From Octopus vulgaris (lineage: Eukaryota), in assembly GCA_951406725.2 (NCBI GenBank), contig OX597821.1, positions 75,330,001-75,394,000 of the forward strand: DNA of 64,000 nt, written 5' to 3'. The position numbers and the translations under genes were made by a program. This document shows, piece after piece, positions 27,196 through 39,899 of this stretch (position 1 is its first letter; the number at the start of each line of letters is the position of its first letter). The notes under the pieces were generated by a model, which made no database searches, was not told the origin of the DNA, and saw nothing but the letters and a program-made list of their open reading frames with translations.

Positions 27196-27428
27196 TATTT
27201 CTTTATTGCCCACAAGGGGTTAAACATAGAGAGGACAAACAAGGACAGACAAACGGATTAAGTCGACTACATCAACCCCTGTGCGTAACTGGTACTTAAT
27301 TTATCGACCCCGAAAGGATGAAAGGCAAAGTCGACCTCGGCGGGATTTGAACTCAGAAGGTAACGGCAGACGAAATACCGCTAAGCATTTCGCCCGGCGT
27401 GCTAACGTTTCTGCCAGCACGCCACCTT
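27196..27428 (-). mobile_element. SINE family A, young copy with 15-bp TSD
   Basis: ttactacgcaatacc at 27181-27195 and 27436-27450 brackets a full head-core-tail copy. Confidence 0.9.
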
Positions 27429-27509
27429 ATACGCCTTACTACGCAATACCGTCACTGAAATCTAAATTCCTTATTTTTTACATTTAAAGGGTCAGCTTAC
27501 TTTTAGGAA

Positions 27510-27760
27510 ACACATTGCTGCGAAACTACTGTTTTGTACACTCTTATTCATCAACCGCTCTCGTCTCTCTCAGAAGACATAAATACCTCAATGAACATTT
27601 GCTTTGAAGCTCCTTAGCTTCTTTTCCCAATCACAGCAATCCAGACACTTATAAATACACTCCTGCCATACACCACACCGTCCCATTTATCTCAGCACCA
27701 TAATCATTACCAATATTCAACTCCAGTACATCGCATCACACAATTCAGCTACAGTACCTC
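27510..27760 (-). pseudogene. possible RTE-type LINE 3' fragment
   Basis: minus-strand pieces resemble the RTE C-terminal LRW.G.V...G.R..G.P...W pattern; heavily decayed. Confidence 0.35.
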
Positions 27761-28056
27761 AAAGATTTTCTCCTGCTTTAAAATTCAGGGAAGACGAATT
27801 GCCATTTTAGGTAACACGCCTCTCAATGTCAATCAAATGAGATATGAAACCGGTCTGGTGTAGATATTATTATTTCCGTGGACAGAAACGAAAATGGTAT
27901 TTGTTTTCATTCGTCAAAACACTAGGGTATTTGCTTTGCGAGTAAACATTTCACCTTACAAATCACAATAGGTATAACAGAAAAAGAAAACAGTTTAGTG
28001 CCTAATTTGCTTTAGTGATTAATTAATTCATTAATGGATCATTTAATTAATTTGAA

Positions 28057-28195
28057 TGTGGCTGTGTGGTAAGTAGCATTGTTCCGGGTTCAGTCCTACC
28101 GCGTGGCACCTTTGGCAAGTGTCTTCTACTATAGCCTCGGGCCGACCAAAGCCTTGTGAGTGGATTTAGTAGACGGAAACTGAAAGAAACCTGTC

Positions 28196-28250
<55 letters not shown>

Positions 28251-28485
28251 CGTGTATGTATGTGTATGTATATGTTTGTGTGTCTGTGTTTGTCCCCGCC
28301 AATATCGCTTGATAACCGATGCTGCTGTGTTTACGTCCCCGTAACCTAGCTGTTCGGCAAAAAAGATCGATAGAATAAGTAATAGGCTAACAAATAATAA
28401 GTCCTGGGGTCGAGTTGCTCGACAAAAGCCGGTGCTCCAGTATGGCCACAGTCAAATGACTGAAACAAGTAAAGAGTAAAAGAGT
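28057..28485 (+). mobile_element. SINE family B with internal (TA)n
   Basis: colinear with 2259-2730. Confidence 0.85.
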
Positions 28486-28840
28486 AAGCCACCAAATAAA
28501 ACAATATTTTACATACTTGAATTAAATAATTTAGCAAAATCCTTAAATGTAGGAGCTATGTGAAATATTTTAGTTTTATTTATTTCTGTGGCCACAACCA
28601 GCGTGATTCTGTCCGAGAAGAGAATCAAAGTAGGTTTAAAGCCAGATGGCTATTTTTATACAATTGCTTTCTGTCCACAGAGAAGGAAGGAAGAGGTATT
28701 CTATCAGATTAATCAAACCAGAGTGACGGACTTCGCTGTGCCGAGAATATACTTTCCATACTACTGTTCAATAACATACAACACCATACTACAATTCAAT
28801 GCGTGTGTGTGAGTATTTATATATATATATATATATATAA

Positions 28841-29038
28841 AGAATAAGAAATTTTGGATGGTACAACAATGCACTATAATACAGACATTGAGCAGTATAC
28901 CTGTTGTAATTTAGTCATCCATAGTCAAATATGATATTTCGAAATATCATCAGACTATTGATGACTAAATTATAACAGGTATATAGCCCATTGTTTGTAT
29001 TATAGTGCATTGTTGTACCATTCCAAACTTTTTATTCT
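28841..29038. repeat. about 200-bp spacerless fold-back palindrome in (TA)n
   Basis: arms of about 100 bp centred on atgatatttc|gaaatatcat (28931-28950). Confidence 0.9.
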
Positions 29039-29398
29039 ATACAAGCAATACACAATGCTTCAAGCGAACTACAATGCTCTCTCATATATATATATATATT
29101 TATATATAAATATATATATATATATATAGTGCGTAATTAACTCAGTGGAGAAAATTAATGATTTAATACACGACAATCGTGTCATGCACGTGAACAGGAC
29201 ATGAACACGAAATCCATACTTTATAACTATGAATAACATACAAAAGTGAGATGTTCTCCTTTGATATCGACCTTAACACATTATATAAACCTCTTCACAA
29301 CAGCCAAAAACTCGTGGGAGAAAAACCACGACAAAGCTATTTTGAAAAATGTCAGGTCTTATTGACGCTGTATAAGTAAAAATATAAAACACAAACAC

Positions 29399-29441
<43 letters not shown>

Positions 29442-29600
29442 CAGGTTGATGTATGATGTATCTGTACATATAAAGTTATGTATTTGCTTCTTACAGTATG
29501 TGTGTATGTGTGCGCATCTATATATATGCATGAATGTATGTGTATGTGCATAGATATCTATATATATATATATATATATGTTTATATATATATGTATGTG

Positions 29601-29650
<50 letters not shown>

Positions 29651-30159
29651 ATATATATGCATGTGCATATATATATATAAGTATGTATATGTGTAATTGC
29701 CCATGCGTGTGTGTATTTGTGTATACACATGTATACATAAACGATATACGTGCGTACGTGTGTGAGTGTTCACATATTTCAATGCAAAGGTTTAATTCCC
29801 TCTAACTCACTTTCACCATTCCCCCTTCCTCCTCCGTTACACCCCCCACACACACAAAGAAACACACGCACAAACACGCATATATATATATATATATATA
29901 CAGTCTAAATATATATGTGTGTGTGTGTCTAAATAAGCGTGTAAGTATGGAAAGCTATAAGCGTTTACGTATGTAAATATATGTTGGCTTTGATTTCATC
30001 TTATTGATCTAATTGCCTAATCGTCTTGAAAGAGCAATCGCATTCTCTCGCTCACTATCTGTCACTCTCTCTCTCTCTCTTTCTCTCTCTCCCTTTCTTT
30101 CTCACTGCGTTTGTATGTATGTATGTATGTATGTATGTATGTATGCTTGTATGGGCTTG

Positions 30160-30421
30160 TGAATATATATATATTTATATATTTATATATACATATATAT
30201 ATAAACATATATATGTATGTATATATATATATATGTATAAATGTATATGTGTATATTTATATATATGTATGTATAAATCTATATGTATATATATATATGT
30301 ATATATATATATGTATGTATAATGCCACTATATACTAGCTAACTATCTATATATATATGTATATATTTATATTCATATATACATATATATATGTAAATAT
30401 ATTTATATATGTATATATATT

Positions 30422-30492
<71 letters not shown>

Positions 30493-30762
30493 TTATAAAT
30501 ATATATACATATATAAATATATTTACATATATATATGTATATATGAATATAAATATATACATATATATATAGATAGTTAGCTAGTATATAGTGGCATTAT
30601 ACATACATATATATATATACATATATATATATACATATAGATTTATACATACATATATATAAATATACACATATACATTTATGCATATATATATATATAT
30701 ACATACATATATATGTTTATATATATATATGTATATATAAATATATAAATATATATATATTC

Positions 30763-30763
<1 letters not shown>
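30160..30763. repeat. about 600-bp near-perfect inverted duplication centred on (TA)n
   Basis: aatgccactatatactagctaactatct (about 30321) mirrored by agatagttagctagtatatagtggcatt (about 30571); ORFs 30347-30562(-) and 30357-30572(+) are nearly identical. Confidence 0.95.
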
Positions 30764-30825
<62 letters not shown>

Positions 30826-30877
30826 GATGCACATACGCGCAAATTTATTATTATTGTTATTATTATTGTTATTATTA

Positions 30878-30942
<65 letters not shown>

Positions 30943-31246
30943 TTGAGCATTTTTTTTTATCCATCTCTCAGTGAGATTTTCTTGTTCTACCATGAAAATG
31001 TTACTATTCTGTTATTGAGTGGTTGTCATAAAGAAAGTTAGCTTACAAGTCCCGCTAGATTTCAAGTGTTAATGTCGATAAACTGCCCAGCGGAAATATG
31101 ATTATACCACGCTGAATCCGATATTGAAATCTGTTGAAAAGGAAATGTTGTTATCTTGTAGATATATCAAGATGTGCAAACCGATGTCTCTTGCTATTTA
31201 GCTTTCTCTCCATCTTAGAAGACTGCGTTTATCAGTGACAATGCTA

Positions 31247-31275
31247 GTTACTATAGCAACTCGTTTACTTCCTGT
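31247..31275. promoter_or_regulatory. candidate RFX X-box (GTTACTATAGCAAC) plus ETS core (ACTTCCTGT)
   Basis: fits the GTTNCY-N2-RGNAAC X-box consensus, in non-repetitive DNA, 6 bp from an ETS motif. Confidence 0.4.
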
Positions 31276-32317
31276 CGGTGATGGTTTATGATGTAAATTA
31301 GTATCAATTTATTTGGAGCAGACATTTCAACTAGTCTTTGAAATAGTGATAACTTAAATCACATTAAAATGTAAACATCAATAAGGTGATAGCTAAGATT
31401 TAATCTCGTCGAGAAGAAATACGCAAAGAAAGAGAAAATTGCAATATATATAATCAAAAACAAGTAAACAGAAAAAAAAATAACGAAAACAAAGCCAAGA
31501 CGAAAATATCGGTTAAAAAAATTAAAAAAAATTCAACAAACTGTTTTTTTTATTTTTGAAGCTAAATATTTTTATAATAAGTAGTGATTTTTGTTAAAAG
31601 TTAAGATACAAAATATAAGATAATTTTTTTTTAAATATTTTGTTTATCTCTTGCAAGATATCAAATGTTTTAATTTTAATGCTCTTACAGTAATGGGGTA
31701 GAATCTCTTTGAATTCGTCTTTATAATTTCTTTAAGAATTCTTTGAGGTATCGAATTTAATTTGAATAGGAGAACGTCCAGATGGTGTCATTTAATAACT
31801 GAGCCGATAAAAACACTTCCTTGATGATTCATCATAATAATTAAGCTTACTAGACACAAGTTAATGTGATCAGTTTGATTGGAAACAATGAGGAGCGGTT
31901 CGGGGGGAGATTCGAATATAATCAAATAGCGCTACCTACTGACTTACATATCTACGTACGTTTTAAACACACCAGCAAATTATATATCCACATACATATA
32001 CACACACTAGCAAACTATGTTCAATACAAACACATCAGCCTGTATATAATTTCGGATACATTTACATTCCTTTATGAAACTTTATATGTACGTAGGTATG
32101 TAAATATGTATGTATACATTATATATATATATACATACATATTGATACATACATACACACATATATACATATATATTGATGCATATATACAAACACACAA
32201 ACACTCAGACACATCCGCGCGCACATATATAGATGGAAAGAGGAGGTATATTTATGTGTATATGCATGTAAATATAAACATATACACATACACACTCACA
32301 AACAAGCTCATATATTC

Positions 32318-32441
<124 letters not shown>

Positions 32442-32727
32442 TTGTGTGTATATATAGGTATACACCTATGTCCTTACATACATATACACACTCAAGCTCA
32501 CGCACACGCTCACTGGCCGACACTTATACGCTTGAGCGTATGCATACGATTATATATACAGATGCACTCCTATAAAATTATACAACACTGAACATATATA
32601 TGATGTTTAAATGGTTATGAACGCCAATAGAGTATGTATCTCTAAGTAGTCGTATGCCTAAATATGTCTTTATATAGGTACACACACACACATATTATAT
32701 ACATATACGTATATATGCGTATATATG

Positions 32728-32771
<44 letters not shown>

Positions 32772-33759
32772 AATAGATACATAGATAGATAGGTAGGTAT
32801 GTAGATAAAGAGATAGATAGACAGATATATTAACAGATAGTTAGCTAAATAGATGGATAAATAGACAGATATATAGACATATATTATGTCATTAGACACA
32901 AGGACTCTTACACAAGTTGTATACAAGTTGTTACAATTAAGGAGGAAATAGATATTTTAAAACTTCTGAAAAGAATCTCAATAAATCAATTATAACTACA
33001 GCAATGTCTCTTAGACTGACATTTCGTTGATTCGACTATCGTTTAATTACAACAGTTCTTTGAACAAGTCTCTACAGGATGTTTAATTATTCCCACTCTA
33101 CTTACATGTATATTTCAATAAAAATAATTCCTTGAAGTTGAGAGGCCAAACTAAATTAGCTGTGATCAATTCCTAGCCTTCGCTACCAACACTTGGTATG
33201 TTGCCGTTTCTAGATGTTTCTAGTTGGACGTGTTATAATGATTTTTCTTATTTCTAGCCACAAGGGCCAAAAGCAGAGGGGACAGCACAAGAACAGACAG
33301 AACGCTACAGTGGGAACAAAAACATAAAACGAATGAAAAATGAGAAAAATGTTATATAAAAAGGAAAACTGAAATAGCTACATGAGCCCTACTCTCATGC
33401 AGTACCATCTGAACGTTTTTACTCGTAGTTTATAATCTTTTTCTTCCTTTTTCCCTTGTTTTTTCTCCATTAGCATCGTTTTTGTTCTCTCTTTTTTCAA
33501 AACAATTTTACTTTCTTTTTTAAAATAATATGGACGTGTTGTAATGCTCAGGCCAAATGCAGAAAAAGCCCCTTCACATATGTTCCAAAGCAAGCCGAAA
33601 AGAAGATATTTATTTAGTTGCACAAGATCGGCCATATATTATACCCCTTACTATTGTCAAAAATTAAGGGAAAGACACATTAGATAATGTAGTTGCATAA
33701 ATACAATATCGTAACATACATACAGTCTTGTGGTATGTGTCTGTTAACTTCTATCTTTA

Positions 33760-33960
33760 CGTGTGTCAGTTATTGGATGGTGGTTGTGTTGGGGCATCGG
33801 CTTGAAGGATTTAGTCAAGTGAATCGACCCTCCCGGGAGCATTTATTTAATATGGCACTATTATCGTACTGCTGAGTCACGTGAAGATAAACAAACCAGC
33901 ATCGGTTGTCAAGCGGTGGTGGGGGACAAACACAAAAAAGACTCACACACACACGTAGAC
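33760..33960 (-). mobile_element. SINE family B 3' half
   Basis: accagcatcggttgtcaagcggtggtgggggacaaacac is the reverse complement of the family B tail. Confidence 0.7.
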
Positions 33961-34016
33961 ACAAACATCCCCCCACACACACAAACACACATACAATATA
34001 TATATATATATATATA

Positions 34017-34298
34017 ATTCATAAATGAGGGCAAAGGAAAAGAATTCTAATGCCAAATATGCCGAAATATTGGACATATTGTCCATTAACCATATAATTT
34101 TTTCACAATACGCACGCTACTCGAAAAAAGTCGACAGAAATTTCTAAAAATTCCATTATTACCATATCGGACCGATTTCAGAGTTAGCTACTAAGAGCCC
34201 TCTCTTCGTCAGTGATACATGTGGTAAAAGAAATAAATGATATACTTACTCACACCCATTTTTTTTTTTTTTCGAAAAGAATTTTATCCTCACATTTG

Positions 34299-34300
<2 letters not shown>
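34017..34300 (-). mobile_element. short cassette in (TA)n carrying a hammerhead ribozyme (Penelope pLTR or retrozyme-like)
   Basis: bounded by (TA)n on both sides; non-coding; contains the 34160-34217 fold. Confidence 0.55.
34160..34217 (-). ncRNA. minimal type I hammerhead ribozyme
   Basis: minus strand UAUCA-CUGACGA-AGAG(18-nt loop)CUCU-GAA-AUCGG-U-CCGAU-A-UGGUA: complete catalytic core, stems I, II and III all pair, NUH triplet AUA. Confidence 0.75.
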
Positions 34301-34366
<66 letters not shown>

Positions 34367-34559
34367 CGAGCTTTGAATTTCCGTTTACCAAATCCACTGA
34401 CAAAGCTTTGGTCGCGCCGGATTTATTTCAGAAAGCATGTTCTCCAGGTGCCGCACAGTGGTGCTGAACTCAATAATGTGCGCGGGTGTGTAGCCTAGGG
34501 GTTAGCGTATCCGACTGACGACCTTAAGTTCGAAACCTGCCGAAGCTTTTCAAATGTTT

Positions 34560-35100
34560 TCTTCATACGGGCTCCTCTCTCATATGGTCGACAATTATTT
34601 CCCTGGCTGCACCACAAAAGCAGCAGACAAGATCACCTCCATTTTTAAGAATGCTTGCATGGTTTTTGGTGGGCAGTCACTGATCCTAATCTACTTCAAT
34701 GAAGATCTCTGTTTCTGAATGAAGTCCATATGCAGCCTACGATTGATGAATGACATTTGTATCTACATCAGAATCTTTGGGTCTTGTAGGATATTTGTTG
34801 TGCAATGCTTTTCATTCCAACATATCTCGCTACACTTGATGTTATGTTTGATTTAGCTTCTTTTTCGTATGTTTGCTATCACAGTAGGTTCTTTTTGTTT
34901 CATCTACTTGCGTTTTATTCTCATTGATCCTTATTCCCTGTACATACTTCTTTGGTCTTTCTGATATCGAATACATCTTTTTTCCTTTTGGAACTTTCAT
35001 TCTTGCAGGTAAATTTAAGCATCCAGGCATTGGTGTTCTTTAGACAGATGTCTATGCCTATCGTTGCTGTCTTTAGACACAGTTGCGGCTGCATCAGCCC
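34560..35100 (-). pseudogene. possible LINE APE-endonuclease relic (RTE-like)
   Basis: minus-strand remnants LDA*IYLQE*K and NGGDLV resemble the LD...LQE and N.NG..L endonuclease motifs. Confidence 0.35.
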
Positions 35101-35141
35101 TCGTCCTCAATCTTTTTGTTGGTTTATAGTCTATTTATTAG

Positions 35142-35197
<56 letters not shown>

Positions 35198-35975
35198 GTT
35201 ATTATAATTTTGTGAGAGAGCAGCCCATGCTATCAAAGTAATGCAGAGATACAAATATACAAAGCCTAATATACCCATCATGACTAACCGTCTGATAAGG
35301 GTACATCAGGCACATGCATTACATGTTACTCACCACAATACTACTGCTCGTGAGCAGAGATGTACATATTGTCAGACACTAAAGGACATGCTCAACTGGT
35401 TGAGGTCAATCAAATCTGTGGTGCTGAGTCGAAAACTTGGTGTTGCTTCTCTTTGGCACCTAGACAACTTAGCACTTCCACTCAGTTAAGATCAGAAACG
35501 TCCAAATCTCTGAATAAACTGTCTCCGCCAAAAGTTCAATGCGACCGGATGTCCGATCAGGCCGAAAGTCCGATTAGGGCCGAAAGTCTGGTTTGGGCCG
35601 AGAGACCGAAAGTTCGAGTTCTTCAACATTTCCTTCTGAGCGATTCAATTCACAACCTCCACGGAATTTCAAAACCTCACGGACACAAAAACTCTCACAC
35701 TAACTTGGGTCTAGTTTTAAATGAACAAAATTAAAAATATTTATATTTAACAAACTTTTGGTATTACTTAAATTCAGTTTAAATGAAAAACTTGTAAATT
35801 CACAAATTTTTGGAGTTCTTTTAAAATTTGAATTTTCAAGAGTTAGCATATAACAAATACTCATCCAAACCTGATCCCAATGCTGAATGTTCAAGAACCA
35901 AATGAAGGGCAGATTTTCAATCCTGAGAACATATTATATATATATATATATATATAATGTTTCTTTTTTTGTGTA

Positions 35976-36013
35976 TCTTTCTGTTGAAGAGCGTAGGCTC
36001 GAAAAGTAAAAGA
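35976..36013 (+). ncRNA. hammerhead-like motif, variant core (copy 1)
   Basis: UCUUU-CUGUUGA-A-GAGC(GUAG)GCUC-GAA-AAGU-A-AAAGA. Confidence 0.45.
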
Positions 36014-36109
36014 CTTGTTTTATTTATATTCTTGAGCGCCATACTAATACAATTGTGTGTTTGTACTCCGCCTGCCTTCGTCTTTTGTTTATTTTCATAA
36101 AGCTTCCCG

Positions 36110-36158
<49 letters not shown>

Positions 36159-36526
36159 TTTCCAACTATATAATTGTACACTCATGTGGTCGCACCAATT
36201 TCATCCTGTCTCTACCTCATACACTTCGATTTTCTACACCTTCAACACTTCGAAATACTCTACCTGGATTATTTACTCTCCTTCACTTCGGACTCCCACC
36301 TGGTTTTCACCTGGATTATACTGGACTCCTCCGTTGATGAGAAATCGCTCCAATACACCACGACGTTTGAAACTTTTGAACTTTTCTGAACTTTTTTTCT
36401 ACTTTCTGCCTTTTCCTATTGTCGTTTCTTCTAACTCTGTTTTTCCTTACCCTGTTTTCTCTCAATCCGCACATATTGATCACTAAACCTTTTTTTTTAT
36501 TTTCTCTCTTTGTTTATTTCTGTGTT

Positions 36527-36564
36527 TCTTTCTGTTGAAGAGCGTAGGCTCGAAACGTTAAAGA
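36527..36564 (+). ncRNA. hammerhead-like motif, variant core (copy 2)
   Basis: UCUUU-CUGUUGA-A-GAGC(GUAG)GCUC-GAA-ACGU-U-AAAGA; palindromic ACGU stem III as in Penelope minimal hammerheads. Confidence 0.55.
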
Positions 36565-36650
36565 CTATCTCACTTCTGGAGCATTAAACTAATACATCTG
36601 TTTGTTGTTTATACACCCGACTTCGTCTTTTGTTGTCTTTTGTAAATTTC

Positions 36651-36704
<54 letters not shown>

Positions 36705-39700
36705 ATATACACATATATATATACCATGGTTGTCCAAACGTGCTGCATGGAAGTGTTGGAATTCATAAATATTTGGACGAGAATTCGCGCGCACATACAC
36801 ACACACATACACATACACCCGCACACACACACACGCACGCACTCACATGCACGCGCGCACATGCATACACATACACAAATGTATGTATGTACATATATAC
36901 ATACCTATATGGTCGTGCGTGTGTGTGTGTATGTACAGAGACAGGTAGTATCCTTAAACTGGACACAGTCCGGCCACTAATGGCCGAAATCTAAGTTTAT
37001 CTAAGTTTGTATGCGATATGTGCAATGTGCAGCCTAAGCTGTTTATACTGTGATGAACCGACTGCACAGTAACCCCAGAGTAACATTCAACTGGATCTGC
37101 CGACATGTATTATATATACACGTGCTTGTGTGTGTGTGTGTGTTTGTCTGTTAGTTTGTGTATGTGTGTCTGCGTATGTGTGTGTATGTGTAGGTGCGTG
37201 TGTGTAAAAATGAATGTATATTTACGTATATGTACATTAGCAAATATGACTATTTGCCGCTGTATGTGTGTGCGTGAATATATGAGTATGTGTAAGTGTG
37301 CGTGTGCAACAGTGTGTGTGTGTGTATGTTTGCGTATGTGTGAGTGTGTCTGTGTGTGTGTGTGTATGTGTCGTTTTAAGTTCCAATATTCATTATCAGA
37401 GTGAACAGATGGCTTTATTCTAAGCATTAGCAATTAAGACGTTCATTGTGTTCTCGTTGAATCTGTGCCAGAATGTGTTTATAGAAGCTGACAGAATGAA
37501 AGCACTCCGGCGTCAAGCTGTCAAGTTCTTTGGCGATGGTTGTCTGTGATTAAGGTGAGATTCCGTGACAACATAAGACAAGAGAGATACGAATTCTGTG
37601 CAAGAATAGAATGTTTCCAATTAAATTTGTGCATACAAATAACAGAATGCAGTAATTTTTGCTCTCTGTGTTCCCGTTCTCTTTGAAGACAATCGTATTT
37701 TCGTTACTGAAAACTTAAAATGTGGATAAACGAAACGATATGAAAACTATTTAAGGTTTTGGGTTGTAAGCGAACATTAAGGGAAAGAAAGACAGAAAGG
37801 AAGAAATAATACTTAAAAGGGAAAGAAAGAAAATTAGAAAATGATAAAGATGTTAGATTAGTAATTCTGATAAGACTAATCTTTATTAAACCGTGTGATC
37901 AGTAACTCGGCATTTTGACGTATAATCCTCTACGAATTACTGCCGATGGAGGTTTACGTAAGACCATTGATAATTCTCAATGTCAATGTAGTATTCCAAG
38001 TTATGTAGAAATCAGGAGAACCAAAGAATTTTTTAAAGCCTGGTGGGTTTACTGCCCAGCCAAACCATTGTTCTTATTTTTAGCCCCGAGTCAACTCTAA
38101 CCGGAGACACCTAGCATCAAATGCATGTCTGCCATAACCTCATTCTTTTATGGTAAGGCGGGGACTTCATTTTCTAATGCATTCTTAGTTTTGTCTCTTT
38201 TAAAAGCTGGTCGAGTGTGATATCAGAGGGTGTTGGCGTATATTTAGTAAGAGATCTCTCGTAGGCTCCTTGAAGTTTCTTTTTTAAATATGGAGTTACT
38301 GCACGACTGAATTCTTCCAAAGGATGCAGAATTATTTAATAGAGGGTCACAAACCAAAAAATGATGGAGGAGAGCATATAGAACCGTTTCAGTTCTTATA
38401 TTGAATGTTGGACATATTTTGACATTCGAACTGCTAGATCTGTATAGCTAGCCAAGAATAGTTAACATCTCTCGAAAGAACTTCCAGACAAAAGATATAT
38501 GAACGTTGTTAATGATACATAATATAAATGAACTCCGAATGATTCTCTGCTTGTTATGTCTTATATACTCAGATTAACACCAATTAATTGTCGTTCTTGT
38601 TTCCACTTACTCTCTTTAAAAGCTGTGGATATTTTAACATTGAATGCCCTAACCAGTTGCTGAAACGCTGTGAGCATCTGATAATACCCCAGGCAACACA
38701 TTTATCTTCGGTCTGTCCTTTATCCTAGACCGCAGATTGTCAAATACTGAACTGAAAAAAATGTCTTCTTTACAAATGTACACTATACCAAGTTTCCATT
38801 GAATTATTAATGCATATAAGTTGTATCAACAACCTGCGTTGTCGAAACCTGCATAATGGGCGCAATAGTAGAGGGCTGTTCTGGTCAGAGGTGCATCCCC
38901 TGTCTTGAGATAACAACAGAGCAGGTACTTTAATTTTAATCAAGTATTGCTTGAGATAAAACTTTGTCGTCATGTTACGGTAACCCCCGTGTAAATGAGT
39001 TACAAGTGAATTGCCAGACATCCCTCAAATATTACCTAACTTCTTAAACACGGGACTCAGTGACGAGTGTAGTCCGGGTTACACTATGCCTTACAAACAA
39101 ATGAAATGGTTATAGGTGGAATCTCTTTGATCCTTGGTATGCTTGACTGGAATTGATTAAAAAGTAATAATATGATGGTCACTTCCAGTCATTCAGTCAT
39201 AGATGCATTTCGGTTAATTTTTTCCGGTAATATTATCCATTCCATGTCTTACCTCATTTAGTTTAACGTTCACTTTGACATCCAGACCGAGCCATTCTCC
39301 AAGGGATTTCACAGGGCGAAATAGTCCTCAGGTGGAAAATAATTACTTGCTTCTCAAGCTACTGGGATACCTAGAATTTACTGGTTAATTTTTACTTATA
39401 TCTGCGCGTGATACTCCATAATCAAGCAGCTTTAATCAATATGGAAAACAGCAGCAGATACGAATACAATGGGGATGAGATTACATCCACATCATCAAAT
39501 ATTTATTCGAAAGGCACATAATAGGCTTAACTTTAATTAAAGACTGTGATGCTAATAACGAACGGCACAATTATTAGAAACGATATGTGCTCGATAGTGG
39601 CTTCCATGGACATGCAGTCTTGATGATCCCTGAAGCAAACGGACCTATACTGGATGTTTGCTCATGCTCTGTGAGAACTGAAAAGTAATGAGACATGGTG

Positions 39701-39899
39701 AAGGGTAGAAAATTCAACTGGTCCGTTTGTGGTAATAAGGGCCAGGTGAGAGTTTTCTGACTGGAAGAAGTTGAAAAAGGAAAAGGAGCGACTATCACAA
39801 CCAGCAGTCACAGAAACAGCTTAGTAAAAAAAATGCCATCATTGGAGGCTCCGAAATAATCGACTGTTCCTCAGTTTCAGAAGCGCACGTCAAGGATAT

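Larger units (their letters stand above)
35957..36654 (+). mobile_element. Penelope-like element 3' end / pLTR, two tandem copies in (TA)n
   Basis: 35970-36110 and 36520-36654 are diverged direct repeats (gaagagcgtaggctcgaaa...actaatac...cttcgtcttttgtt), each followed by (TA)n. Confidence 0.6.

Noticed and set aside
27281-27487. Recurrent peptide RNWYLIYRPRKDERQSRPRR (also 54801, 58027)
   Set aside because: Antisense translation of the SINE family A core, not a gene family
36972-36992. GGCCA-CUAA-UGGCC-GAAA hairpin resembling hammerhead stem II
   Set aside because: No CUGANGA upstream
39300-39335. Minus-strand CUGAGGA...GAAA hammerhead candidate
   Set aside because: Stem II and stem I cannot pair
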